The notes beneath the pieces were generated by a model. It was not told the origin of the DNA. It searched no databases and was given only the letters and a program-made list of their open reading frames with translations. Below, piece after piece: positions 47,361 to 56,925 of a stretch of DNA of 64,000 bases. Each line of letters starts with the position of its first letter. The stretch's first letter is position 1. The stretch is taken from NCBI GenBank assembly GCA_041483895.1, contig JBGPGO010000003.1, positions 128,001 through 192,000 of the forward strand, written 5' to 3'. Origin of the DNA: Fimbriimonadia bacterium. Lineage in GTDB: Bacteria > Armatimonadota > Fimbriimonadia > Fimbriimonadales > JABRVX01. A program made the position numbers and the translations under genes.

Positions 47361-49718
47361 ATGGAAGAGGGACCGCAATCCTTAGATCGTTCCGAAGTGC
47401 TTCGCGGCGTCCGAATCTCGAATTGGGACGCCGGTGTTTACACTGCCTTCCTAGCCTTCACCGGTGGCGCCTTTACCATTGGATATGCGCGATTGGCGGG
47501 GCTCAATGACTTTTGGCTCGGGGTGCTCGTCGGGCTACCCGCGCTCGTCGGCATAGCCAACATCCCTGGCTCCATTTGGGGCGACACGATGGCCAGTCGC
47601 CGGCTATTCTGCATCCCCTTCGCATTGCTGATGCGCGTTTTCTGGGTCATCATCGCCATCTTGCCCTGGTTGCCGCTCTGGTTCCCCAGCGGTGGGGTGT
47701 TGATAGCATGCCTAGCCCTCACGGGGCTCTCTTCCGCAATTATCGGCCCGGCGTTTCTCGGTTGGCTCGGGGACCTTGTGCCGGAAGGTCAGCGTGGTTG
47801 GTTCTTCGCGTATCGCACGGCCGTTTGCAGCTGGGTCGCGGTCGCTCTTGGCCTGCCGGCGGGTCTCCTTGTCGATCAGATCAAAGCTCATTTTGACGAC
47901 CATTTGGCCTTCGCGACCGCCTTTGGCCTCGGGGTCATCGCGATGCTCGCCTCATACTATTTCTTTGCGAGGATTCCGGAGCCGCCCCGCGCGACGGTGC
48001 AGAAGCGATCGTTGCGCGAAGCCATTTCCTCTCTCGGATTTGCGTTCACTGATCGAAGCATGCGCCCGCTGTATTTGTTCTTTCTGCTCGTCGCGTTCTC
48101 AACCTCCTTCCCTGGCGCATTTCTCCCGGCCTACATGTTGGAAGAGTTGAAGATGAATTACGCGACGATCCAGATCCTGGGAACGGTCTCCGCAATATCA
48201 ACGATCCTATCAACGAAGATGTGGGGATTCCTGACCGACAAATTTGGATCGAAGGCCGTTCTGGCCGTTGCCACCGCCGGGGTAGTTCCCATCATGGGCT
48301 TGTGGATCGCGACCAACCCGGAACACATGACGGCCACCTACATCTATCTGGTGATAGGCAACATTTTCGGCGGCGTATTCTGGGCCGGCGTCGGCATCGC
48401 GCAGCTAAAGATGATGATCGAAGCCGCGCCGGAAGAGCATCGGTCCGTCTCAGTCGGCGCGATTTCGGCTCTTGTTGCGGTCGTGATGGGGGTTGCGCCG
48501 ATGGTTGCAGGCGTGGTCATGAACGCGACCGCGGGCCACATCATCAATGAATATCGCTACGAGACGCTGTTCGGGATAACGCTGGGCTTCCGGCTGCTCG
48601 CCGCTGGGAGCGTGTTCTTCATACGCGATCGCGGCCAATCCACCGTCAAGACCCTCGTCACGCAGCTCGGCTCCGTCACGCCGACCGGCGTAATGGCCCT
48701 TCGCTCCCTGGTCCGCAAGCATGATCCGGAAAGCCGGGAGGCTGCGGTCGTTCGGCTCGGGGAATCCAAGATGGAGATTGCGATCGACGAATTGGCCAAG
48801 GTGCTTTCCGACCCGCAGCCGTCGGTGCGGCGAAAGGCCGTCATCGCACTTGGCCAGATCGGAGGCAGCCAGGCCGCGGAAGTCATCGTCGAACACCTGC
48901 GACAAAGGCCGGAAGCGGCCATCGAAGAGATGGTGGACATACTCGCTCAGCTCGGCGAGGTGTCGGCTGTGGAGGCCCTTGTTCCATTGCTGCAACACCC
49001 GAGCCCAAGCATGCGATTGGCTACCGCCCGAGCCCTCGGCCGGATCGGCGGCCTGCAGGCTGTGGCGGCTCTCATCGCTGTGGCTCTTCCGGGCGGCGAC
49101 CCGGATCTTCGCAGGACCGCAATCCGGGCGCTTGGCGGCACGGGGGCGGCAGAGGCGACCGAGGTGGTCATCGACGCACTGGACGCACCGGAGGCCAGCA
49201 TCCGGATTGTGGCCGCCGAAGCCACCGCCGCTCTGGGCATTCGGGAGGCGGCGCAGATGCTGCGAGATATGCTGCCGAAGGTGGATGGAGCAGTGGCCGC
49301 GGAAATGGACTACGCGCTGGGCGCTGTGGGAGAAGCCGACGATCTGGACCGTATCATGCGCTCGGTCGAGCGGCTGCATGGCGGGTTTCCGCGTCAACGC
49401 GCCGTGCTGGGCATCGGCAAGCTTCTGGGCGTCGAGAGCGACCTCTACCGGCTATTTGTGCTCCAGGGCATGGAGCTGGATGCCGCCGTGCTCAAGACAC
49501 TGCGAAAGCCGAATTCGCAAGGCTACCAAGAGGTGATTCGGTGCTACTCGCAAGGCGACGAGGCGGCGGCGCTCCGGGCGCTGGCGTCTTTGCCGGATGC
49601 GCCACCGGTGATCCGAACGATTGCCGGGGTGCCATGCCGGGAAACCTTCCTGCTTTCGATCGCTCTTTTGGGTCATGGCACGGATCGTGCTTCTTCCATT
49701 GTCAACAAGGACAACTAG
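47361..49718 (+). CDS. MFS transporter fused to C-terminal HEAT repeats
   Basis: About 12 TMs, WLGDLVP..RGWFF, WGFLTDKFGSK; repeats VRRKAVIALGQIG / RLATARALGRIG. Confidence 0.85.
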   Translation: MEEGPQSLDRSEVLRGVRISNWDAGVYTAFLAFTGGAFTIGYARLAGLNDFWLGVLVGLPALVGIANIPGSIWGDTMASRRLFCIPFALLMRVFWVIIAILPWLPLWFPSGGVLIACLALTGLSSAIIGPAFLGWLGDLVPEGQRGWFFAYRTAVCSWVAVALGLPAGLLVDQIKAHFDDHLAFATAFGLGVIAMLASYYFFARIPEPPRATVQKRSLREAISSLGFAFTDRSMRPLYLFFLLVAFSTSFPGAFLPAYMLEELKMNYATIQILGTVSAISTILSTKMWGFLTDKFGSKAVLAVATAGVVPIMGLWIATNPEHMTATYIYLVIGNIFGGVFWAGVGIAQLKMMIEAAPEEHRSVSVGAISALVAVVMGVAPMVAGVVMNATAGHIINEYRYETLFGITLGFRLLAAGSVFFIRDRGQSTVKTLVTQLGSVTPTGVMALRSLVRKHDPESREAAVVRLGESKMEIAIDELAKVLSDPQPSVRRKAVIALGQIGGSQAAEVIVEHLRQRPEAAIEEMVDILAQLGEVSAVEALVPLLQHPSPSMRLATARALGRIGGLQAVAALIAVALPGGDPDLRRTAIRALGGTGAAEATEVVIDALDAPEASIRIVAAEATAALGIREAAQMLRDMLPKVDGAVAAEMDYALGAVGEADDLDRIMRSVERLHGGFPRQRAVLGIGKLLGVESDLYRLFVLQGMELDAAVLKTLRKPNSQGYQEVIRCYSQGDEAAALRALASLPDAPPVIRTIAGVPCRETFLLSIALLGHGTDRASSIVNKDN

Positions 49719-49892
49719 CCGAGGCGTCGGGCCGGGTCTCAACTCACCCATTCGATGCCGAAAACCGCACCATTCACATCACTAGCCCGGTCGTGCCATC
49801 ACGACAGGGTTCTTTTTTTGCCCCGGGATCAGACGGATCGGACCGATCTGACTGATTCTTGGATTTTCATTGGCGATCGCATCGTCAACGTG

Positions 49893-50089
49893 CGCTGTGT
49901 TGGGGTTCTCGCCTACCGAATACCACCGAATTCCGGCCACCAAAGACCCCAACACCAAGTAATCTGTAGTCGCGGGCCGTCGTGCCGAATGCCCACAATT
50001 GCCAACCACCAAGGCCCGCGTTCGACCGCTGTGTTGGGGTTCTCGCCTACCGAATACCACCGAATTCCGACAACCAAAGACCCCAACAC
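49893..50089. repeat. REP-like hairpin cluster
   Basis: Two near-identical GTGTTGGGGTTCTCG...AAGACCCCAACAC hairpins (49893-49955, 50027-50089) flanking a GTAG-led arm. Confidence 0.75.
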
Positions 50090-50181
50090 TGTGTACCAAA
50101 GTACCCAGTAAGTTTGACTCCCCGCAAAAACAGGTGGTAGCCTCAACCTTCATTGCGCCAGCGCAAAAAGGGAGGTTCCTT

Positions 50182-50850
50182 ATGCGTTTGACGACATTAA
50201 TTCGTTTGGGAGTTGCCACACTCGTAGTGGCGGTGAGCGCGATCCAGGCCGGAAAGGCCGAAATCACAAACGGAAACGTCAACAAACCAGGGGAGAAGCA
50301 GGCAGCTTTCCTGCTCTCGGAATGGAAGCCGGTGCCCTATGTAAAGGAGTACATCCGCGATCGGAATACTCCCCGTGGGGCCATCAAGAAGGTTCGTGAC
50401 GGCAAAAACGGCACGATCTTCAATGTCTATCAGGTCCTCGTGCCCGGAAAGGGCGCGCAGGTCAAGAAGCTCATCTACCAGGCAATCGATCCAGCCGTGA
50501 GTGAGCTCTATCTCATCGGCGAGGCGGGATACAAAACCTCCCGTGGCTCCTTTGGCGGTCGGAAGGTTGTCATGCTGACGGCCACGGCCTACGATCCCGG
50601 TCCGGGCAGTTGCGGCAAATTCGCGACGGGCTATACGGCGACCGGGCTGAAGGCCGTTTACGGCATCGTGGCGGTTGATACTTCCATCATCCCGATGGGC
50701 ACTCACATGTATATCGAGGGCTATGGGTATGCCATTGCCGGCGATAGGGGATCGGCCATCAAGGGCCGGAAGATCGATCTCTGCTTCCACACGCGAAAAG
50801 AAGCGCTCAAGTTTGGGCGCAAAAAGGTGAAAGTCCACATACTTGACTGA
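50182..50850 (+). CDS. G5-like + 3D domain cell wall protein
   Basis: TSRG, ATAY, TATG, VAVD..IPMGT.MYIEGYG.A.AGDRGSAIKGRKIDL; GGAGG RBS. Confidence 0.9.
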   Translation: MRLTTLIRLGVATLVVAVSAIQAGKAEITNGNVNKPGEKQAAFLLSEWKPVPYVKEYIRDRNTPRGAIKKVRDGKNGTIFNVYQVLVPGKGAQVKKLIYQAIDPAVSELYLIGEAGYKTSRGSFGGRKVVMLTATAYDPGPGSCGKFATGYTATGLKAVYGIVAVDTSIIPMGTHMYIEGYGYAIAGDRGSAIKGRKIDLCFHTRKEALKFGRKKVKVHILD

Positions 50851-51724
50851 TCCTTCGGCTTCGCTCAGGACAGGACGCTGCTCGGTTTCAGGCATCCGGC
50901 GCATGCTGGGTGAGCTAGGAGTAAGGCCCCGGAAAAGCTGGGGCCAGCATTTTTTGTGCGACGCGAACGTGGCGCGGAAGATGGTGGCGGCTCTTGGGCC
51001 TTCTGAGCAGATTTTGGAGATCGGGCCGGGGCTGGGGGCGCTGACAACGCTTCTTGCCGAGACCGGGGCTTCGGTGGTCGCCATCGAACGGGATCCATTG
51101 ATGGTTCAATCTCTCGCGTCCCTATCGTCTCCGTCGTCTTCGTCGATTCCTCCGTCCCTTTCGTCTCTGTCGTCCCTTCCCGTCACGGTGATAGAGGCCG
51201 ACGTGCTGGACTATGATATCGGGTCTGTCTTTGATGGTTCGTTCGTGGTGGTGGCCAACCTGCCGTACTACATAACGTCTCCCATTTTGGAGCGGCTCTT
51301 TGCGTTGCGCACCCGAATCACGAAGATGGTGCTGACGATGCAGACGGAGGTGGCGGACCGCCTTCTCTCCCCGCCTGGCACAAAGACCTACGGGTCGCTT
51401 TCGCTGTTCGCACAGTATCACGCCGAGATACGGAGGCTGTTCACCATCCCGCCCACCTGCTTCTACCCTCCGCCGGAGGTGCAGTCAACGGTGGTCGAGC
51501 TCATCCCCGTCCCTCCTCGCTTGTCCCCCGCGGAGGAGGCCACTTTCCGGAAACTGGTCCGCGCGGGATTTGGGACTCGGCGCAAGACCCTCCGCAACGC
51601 CCTCAAACCGCTCTTTTCCCCCGACCAGCTCGCCGCCCTCCCCATCGACCTCTCCCGCCGCGCGGAGACGCTGTCGCTGGAGGAATTTGTGGCCTTGGCA
51701 AAGTCCTTGCAGCCACAGAATTAA
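50843..51724 (+). CDS. rsmA: 16S rRNA m6,2A1518/1519 dimethyltransferase
   Basis: KSWGQHFL, LEIGPGLGALT, VVANLPYYITSPI, RRKTLRNAL, RAETLS. Confidence 0.96.
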   Translation: MTDPSASLRTGRCSVSGIRRMLGELGVRPRKSWGQHFLCDANVARKMVAALGPSEQILEIGPGLGALTTLLAETGASVVAIERDPLMVQSLASLSSPSSSSIPPSLSSLSSLPVTVIEADVLDYDIGSVFDGSFVVVANLPYYITSPILERLFALRTRITKMVLTMQTEVADRLLSPPGTKTYGSLSLFAQYHAEIRRLFTIPPTCFYPPPEVQSTVVELIPVPPRLSPAEEATFRKLVRAGFGTRRKTLRNALKPLFSPDQLAALPIDLSRRAETLSLEEFVALAKSLQPQN

Positions 51725-52524
51725 ACGCCGCCGTCGGTTTGCCACGGAGGCATTGGATCGGTCAGCCACCAATACCGGTCGTAGAAAAGGAACTTGCCGT
51801 CCGCATCATATGCCGTCAACCACGCGGCAACACCTTTTGATTGCGAGTGGCGAGTTGTCTCCGGAGGATACTCGAACTCGGGCTCGGGAAAAGAGACGGT
51901 GATGTCGACCCTGATGATCTTCATCGGCGTTGGCAGGTCGAAGGATTTGATTGAAGACCGGATCGACGATAATTGGGGTCGCCTAAGATGTGCGAGATAG
52001 GAACTCGGTGAGGTCGGATCGTATTCCGCCGTCTGGAGCACAATGTAGCAGCGGGCTGCCAAGAGCCAGATCTTATGCAACGCCATCCCTCCAGGTCCGG
52101 GGGATGTGCTTAGGGTTACTTCATTGCAGTGTTCGATTTCGTTCCAAAAACTGTTCGGCAGCCGCGCAAGCATTTGTCCGATCGCCAAGCGATCGCAGCG
52201 TATGCTTAAGGCGATTGATTCTGCGCTGGGCGTTGCTTGTTGGTTATCCTTTGCCCGAATCATTTGTTCTTCCAGCGCAGCAATTTTTGCCGGAGGCATG
52301 CAGGACTTGCGCGCAAATCGCTCTTTTAGCTCTGGACCGTCCGAAAAGTGGCTGACGGGACAAACATACGCTTGGGTAAAGTCCTCCTTCAGTTGCCGCC
52401 CGGTTATGTGCTTTGAGGAGTCATGCTGAAGCAGTTGCAGGGGCACGTCCGCCGATAAGCACCGACTCCCGAAGCAGAACGATAAACCGACGGCTAGCAC
52501 GCAAGCAGCAGTCCCTGGCGCCAT
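51721..52524 (-). CDS. Hypothetical secreted protein
   Basis: GGAGG RBS, hydrophobic N-terminus, ~267 aa. Confidence 0.55.
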   Translation of the reverse strand: MAPGTAACVLAVGLSFCFGSRCLSADVPLQLLQHDSSKHITGRQLKEDFTQAYVCPVSHFSDGPELKERFARKSCMPPAKIAALEEQMIRAKDNQQATPSAESIALSIRCDRLAIGQMLARLPNSFWNEIEHCNEVTLSTSPGPGGMALHKIWLLAARCYIVLQTAEYDPTSPSSYLAHLRRPQLSSIRSSIKSFDLPTPMKIIRVDITVSFPEPEFEYPPETTRHSQSKGVAAWLTAYDADGKFLFYDRYWWLTDPMPPWQTDGGV

Positions 52525-52572
52525 TTCCATCACCTCCAAAGTGAATTGTAGCCAATAGCCAAGTACTTATGT

Positions 52573-52741
52573 GTAGCCGCAGATTTTCGTACTGGCACCC
52601 TGACCGAATCGCCACGAACAAAATCTGCGAGTGACCACGGTGGAAATTCCAATTCGGTTGGATATGGGTAATGACGGCCGCCCACGCGGTTCTTGGCGCT
52701 GGTGGTTCGGTCAGGGTTTCAGAACGAGGAACCGCGGCTAC
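52573..52741. repeat. GTAG...CTAC REPIN-like element, copy 2 (inverted relative to 55113)
   Basis: Both arms and the spacer match the reverse complement of 55113-55275. Confidence 0.8.
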
Positions 52742-52759
52742 TAAACAGACGATCCGCCT

Positions 52760-53116
52760 CTACCAATTCAACAAAAACTCCCCCAAAACGGCGGCGAGGT
52801 AGCTGGCTAGGATGATGGTGCCGAGGCTGGCCCAGGGCATCGACGTGTAGTACCAGGCTGGGGGCAGATAGAACGGGATGGCAAGCACCAGGCTGCAGGT
52901 GCCGATCACCATCGCTTGCACACAGCGCTCCTGCATCGTGCGGGGATAGAATAGCGTCGCGAACCGGTCCCGTTGCGGCATCGGCAGACGGGAGAGGCCC
53001 TCCATCACCTTGTCGCGATATTTATGCGATCGCCGCTTGCGCCCGTCGAAATAGATCCAGCCGAACGTCTGCATGAACGAAAGCGCGAACGCCAACTCCA
53101 GCCAGCCGAGCTTCAA
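52760..53116 (-). CDS. Small hypothetical membrane protein
   Basis: Three hydrophobic segments; TTGA overlap with upstream hydrolase. Confidence 0.6.
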   Translation of the reverse strand: MKLGWLELAFALSFMQTFGWIYFDGRKRRSHKYRDKVMEGLSRLPMPQRDRFATLFYPRTMQERCVQAMVIGTCSLVLAIPFYLPPAWYYTSMPWASLGTIILASYLAAVLGEFLLNW

Positions 53117-54036
53117 TGCGTTTCCTTCAGATACTTCCCGAACCAGTCGCTCATCTCTTTCTTAACCAGATCGGGCGGGGCGCTGTGCGAGCCGTCGTAC
53201 CATACGATCTTTTTCGGCTCCTTGCACGCCGCCTGAAAGGCCTTGGCGGCCGGCGGCACGACTATGGTGTCCTTTTCGCCGTTGATGAGCAGTACCGGAC
53301 GCGGCGAGATGCGGCCCACCCAAATGTCCGGATCGAACGGCGCCCACGCCTCCACCACCGGCTTTCTCGCGCCGGCCTGCTTTATCGCCCCATTGGTGGA
53401 AAGCGGGATGATGGTGTCCTTGAGGATCAGCTCCCAGTTGCCGCCGCCGACCACAAAGACAGCCGCGGCGATGCGTGTGTCCGTCGCGCAAAAGACGGAG
53501 CCGACAATCGAGCCCATGCTGACGCCCAGATACCCGATGCGGCCCATATCGATATCCGGCCGGGTGGCAAGGTAGTCCAGGCCCCGGCGTAGGTCCACCA
53601 CCGTCTGTGCGATGGCGTTTCGGGCTTCGTAGGGGAAGTCGAACAGTCGGGTGGGGGCAAGGAAGCGGGGCCGGTCGCCGTGGCTCACCATGTCGATGGC
53701 CAGGCAGGCATAGCCCTCCTTGACCAGCGGCTCCCAGAGGGACTTCATGGACTTCTTTGAGCCTCCCAGGCCGTGCTGCAGGATGACACAGGGCAGCTTG
53801 CCGGTCGAAGTCTGGGGCAGGACCAGGATGCCGGGTACCCGCTCGTTATGGGCGCTTGTATAGGCGATTTCGTACATCCGGTATCCGTCCGTCGGGACCT
53901 CTTTGAGTTCGGGTTTAAGATCCGCCGCGGCGTCGTAGGCGATGAGGGCCTGGCCGATGGCGAGCGGGTCCTGGCCGGCGTGGACGGCGGAGGCGAGGAA
54001 CACAGCCGCCAAAAGAGCGCGTCTAACAAGAAGCAT
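53113..54036 (-). CDS. Secreted alpha/beta hydrolase (esterase/dienelactone hydrolase-like)
   Basis: HGLGG, GVSMG nucleophile elbow, GEKD, DGSH. Confidence 0.88.
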   Translation of the reverse strand: MLLVRRALLAAVFLASAVHAGQDPLAIGQALIAYDAAADLKPELKEVPTDGYRMYEIAYTSAHNERVPGILVLPQTSTGKLPCVILQHGLGGSKKSMKSLWEPLVKEGYACLAIDMVSHGDRPRFLAPTRLFDFPYEARNAIAQTVVDLRRGLDYLATRPDIDMGRIGYLGVSMGSIVGSVFCATDTRIAAAVFVVGGGNWELILKDTIIPLSTNGAIKQAGARKPVVEAWAPFDPDIWVGRISPRPVLLINGEKDTIVVPPAAKAFQAACKEPKKIVWYDGSHSAPPDLVKKEMSDWFGKYLKETH

Positions 54037-54055
54037 GGGTGCAGTTTACTTGAGG

Positions 54056-54181
54056 TGGAGGGCACCGTTCCATCGGAGCCTCGACGCGGACGGTTCGGCT
54101 CCGATGGAACGGTGCACTCCAGTTTCGGCTGCGACGGAGCGCAGCCCTCCAGTTTCGGCTCCGATGGAACGGAGCCCTCTA
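54056..54181. repeat. REP-like cluster (GGAGGGCACCGTTCCATCGGAGCC / GGCTCCGATGGAACGG.GC.CTC)
   Basis: One forward and three reverse copies of a ~29-bp unit. Confidence 0.75.
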
Positions 54182-54238
54182 GGACGATATTTGAATGAGG
54201 CGACCGTTCCGGGTAGGATCGATGCCGCCTCGTAACGC

Positions 54239-54314
<76 letters not shown>

Positions 54315-54339
54315 TATGTCTCCGGGTATCCTCTTGTCG

Positions 54340-55116
54340 ATGACCCTTACCGTCGCCGGCATTCGCAATCAGGTGATTCAGGGCGATTGCCTAGTGGAAT
54401 TGGCCAAGCTGCCGGATGAGTGTGTGGACCTCATCTTCATCGATCCCCCGTATTTCCTTCAACTGCCTGGGAAGAAACTGCTGCGATGGAACGTGCGGAG
54501 CGAGGTGGACGGGGTGGATGACGAATGGGACAAGTTCGACTCGTTTGAGGACTACGATCGGTTCATCCGGGGGCTTCTGATCGAGTGCCGGCGCGTGATG
54601 AAATCGACCGCCTCCATCTGGGTCATAGGGACCTATCACAACATCTTCCGCCTGGGCGCGCTGATGCAGGATATGGGATTTTGGATTCTCAACGACGTGC
54701 ATTGGGTGAAGACCAACCCGATGCCCAACTGGCTGGGCGTGCGGTTTACGAATGCCACCGAGACGCTGATCTGGGCGGTGCGGGAACAGGGCGCCAAGGG
54801 TCACGCGTTCGACAAGCAGGCGGCGCGCGAATTTGGGATGGGGAAGATTGGGGACAACGTTTGGGTGCTTCCGATCTGCGGCGGATCGCAGCGGCTCAAG
54901 GGTCCGGATGGATTGAAGTTGCATTCGACGCAGAAACCGGTGGAGCTGTTGCGGCGGGTGATTCTCTGCTCATCGCGTCCGGGGGATTTGGTTTTGGATC
55001 CGGTGGCGGGGACGGGGACAACGGGCTTTGTCGCCGCGTCGTTGGGCCGCGACTATTTGATGATCGAGGCGAATGCGAAATACGTTGCCGGCATCCGAGA
55101 GCGGCTGTCCTCGTAG
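54340..55116 (+). CDS. Orphan site-specific DNA adenine methyltransferase (beta class, CcrM/M.HinfI-like)
   Basis: DPPY, GTYHNIFR, KTNPMPN..G.RFTNA.ETLIWA, HSTQKP, LDPVAGTGTT. Confidence 0.9.
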   Translation: MTLTVAGIRNQVIQGDCLVELAKLPDECVDLIFIDPPYFLQLPGKKLLRWNVRSEVDGVDDEWDKFDSFEDYDRFIRGLLIECRRVMKSTASIWVIGTYHNIFRLGALMQDMGFWILNDVHWVKTNPMPNWLGVRFTNATETLIWAVREQGAKGHAFDKQAAREFGMGKIGDNVWVLPICGGSQRLKGPDGLKLHSTQKPVELLRRVILCSSRPGDLVLDPVAGTGTTGFVAASLGRDYLMIEANAKYVAGIRERLSS

Positions 55117-55402
55117 GCGCGGTTCCTCGTTCTGTAATCCTTCCCGAATCACCAGCACCAAGAACCGCGTCGATGGCCGTAATTGCAAATCCGTTTTGGA
55201 AATGCCATCGTGGTCACTCGCAGATTTTGTTTGTGGCGATTTGGTAAGGGTATCAGAACGAGAATCTGCGGCTACAACAAAACGCAGATTTTGTTCGTGG
55301 CAATTCGGGCAGGGGTCAGAACGAGAATCTGCGGCTACAACAAAACGCAGATTTTGTTTGTGGCGATTTGGTAGGGGTATCGGAACGAGAATCTGCGGCT
55401 AC
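55113..55402. repeat. GTAG...CTAC REPIN-like element, copy 3, right arm triplicated
   Basis: Left arm 55113-55170; three ~63-bp CGCAGATTTTGTT...GAACGAGAATCTGCGGCTAC units. Confidence 0.85.
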
Positions 55403-56925
55403 GAAGAATCGTTGAGGTGTTCGCGGGCTGCGTTGATGGCGGTCGCGTCTTCGGATTGCAGAGAGGCGGCGGAGGAGATGGAGTCGGAAAGATCGATGCC
55501 CCGTTCGCGCAGGATGCGGATCATCTCAAACTCCTCAATCCCCTTGCGAAGCAATTCGAAACGCACGCTGCTGATCTGACCGGGGTAGACCAGAAAGGTG
55601 TCTCCCGCAGGCCAGGGACCGAATCGTGAATCGAAAAACGGGTCTTCCGGCCAGGAGTTGTAGGCCCAGCGCAAGAAGCCCTCGTGGCCCGAGTGCGCCG
55701 CTTGCCACCCAATGCGGCGGATGTCGGCAGGGGCCGTCGCCGTCATCGTGTTCGGACGCAACGGCCCGCAGCAGACATAGTATGTGGATGTCTGACCGCG
55801 CTGGCGTCGCTCCTCAATCGCATCGGGCGGTATTCCCGGATAGATGGCGCAATAGTCGTCGATATCGCCGGAGAATGCCGGATACCAATTGCCGGCCAGC
55901 GAAATGCCGAGACGCGGGGCGATGGATTTGACCAATTTGATCATCGCGCCGGTCACATCCTCACCCGCCTCGTCCAGCGCGATGCAGGTCTTGTCCAGCC
56001 AGCCATTCTCTTCCAGATGATGCTCGAACGCGGGCAGAAACTGCGCCCACAATCCCCGGAACAAATCGGAATCGATCTTGCAAGTCAGGGTTGCCGGTTG
56101 GTTAGCGGCGTCCACATATTGAAGATCAAAATCCGGCTTTCCCCCCGGACCCTTGGTCAATGAATAACACTCAATTCGCCGATCGATACCGACCGATTCG
56201 CACAGCCGCACCCATCGATAGAAATTGGTGAAGTCATATTCGAATCCAGTAGAAATTCCATGCCAAACAATCATGCTGTCGAACGGATCAAATGTCTGCG
56301 AATTCCAAGGATCGTGGATGATGGTCGCCGTTACCACTTTCTGTCCCCCGTCGGCCAGCATCTGGAGATAGGGCCGGCAGCGCTCGAAATGCTCGTCCGA
56401 CCAAGGCTCCATCTCGTGCCAGCGTGCGATCGCGCGAGGATGCTGCCATAGGTCGAGATAGAAGCTCCAGTCCTTCGGCTCCGGCAACTGGGCCGGCAGC
56501 ACGTGCAGATCGAGCGGCAATGCGACCGGTTCAGAATCCCGCGCCGTCACCATCACTGTCCCGGTGTACTTTCCCGGCGCGGCGTCGCGCGGTACGTCGA
56601 TCAGAAGCCAATAGACGAACACCTCGCCATCCGGGAGCGGCCAGGTATCGGTGGGTTGCAGCGCGTCGAAGTAGGATTCCCCGTCGTCGCTCTGGGTGAC
56701 AAAGGCGGTGTGGATTCGGACGCAGTCGGCGGGAAGCTCTGCCAAAGCGAGTCCAACAGCGACATCAAGTGTGGGCCGATCCGCGCGGACGAATAGTTTG
56801 ATCAGCGCCCGCTCTCCACGCCATGCCCGGAGCATCGGTTGCCCATCGCCGGACCCGAAATCGACCGGATACCGGTTGGAGCCGCACGGATCGGCGAAGC
56901 TCGCCTCAATCACGGCGTCAGCCAC
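55399..56925 (-). CDS. GH123-like glycoside hydrolase (DUF4091)
   Basis: FYLDLWQHP..AR.H, GQKVVTATI, IALDE, STYYVCC, GFLRWAYNSW, GDTFLVYP, RFELLRKGIEEFE. Confidence 0.82.
   Translation of the reverse strand: MADAVIEASFADPCGSNRYPVDFGSGDGQPMLRAWRGERALIKLFVRADRPTLDVAVGLALAELPADCVRIHTAFVTQSDDGESYFDALQPTDTWPLPDGEVFVYWLLIDVPRDAAPGKYTGTVMVTARDSEPVALPLDLHVLPAQLPEPKDWSFYLDLWQHPRAIARWHEMEPWSDEHFERCRPYLQMLADGGQKVVTATIIHDPWNSQTFDPFDSMIVWHGISTGFEYDFTNFYRWVRLCESVGIDRRIECYSLTKGPGGKPDFDLQYVDAANQPATLTCKIDSDLFRGLWAQFLPAFEHHLEENGWLDKTCIALDEAGEDVTGAMIKLVKSIAPRLGISLAGNWYPAFSGDIDDYCAIYPGIPPDAIEERRQRGQTSTYYVCCGPLRPNTMTATAPADIRRIGWQAAHSGHEGFLRWAYNSWPEDPFFDSRFGPWPAGDTFLVYPGQISSVRFELLRKGIEEFEMIRILRERGIDLSDSISSAASLQSEDATAINAAREHLNDSS

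Noticed and set aside
49999..50181. N-terminal extension of the 3D-domain ORF
   Set aside because: Overlaps a REP hairpin; strong GGAGG RBS supports ATG 50182
55218..55402. Three ~63-bp tandem units as a CRISPR array
   Set aside because: No unique spacers (whole units are similar), no cas genes, and the same unit occurs dispersed as REPIN arms
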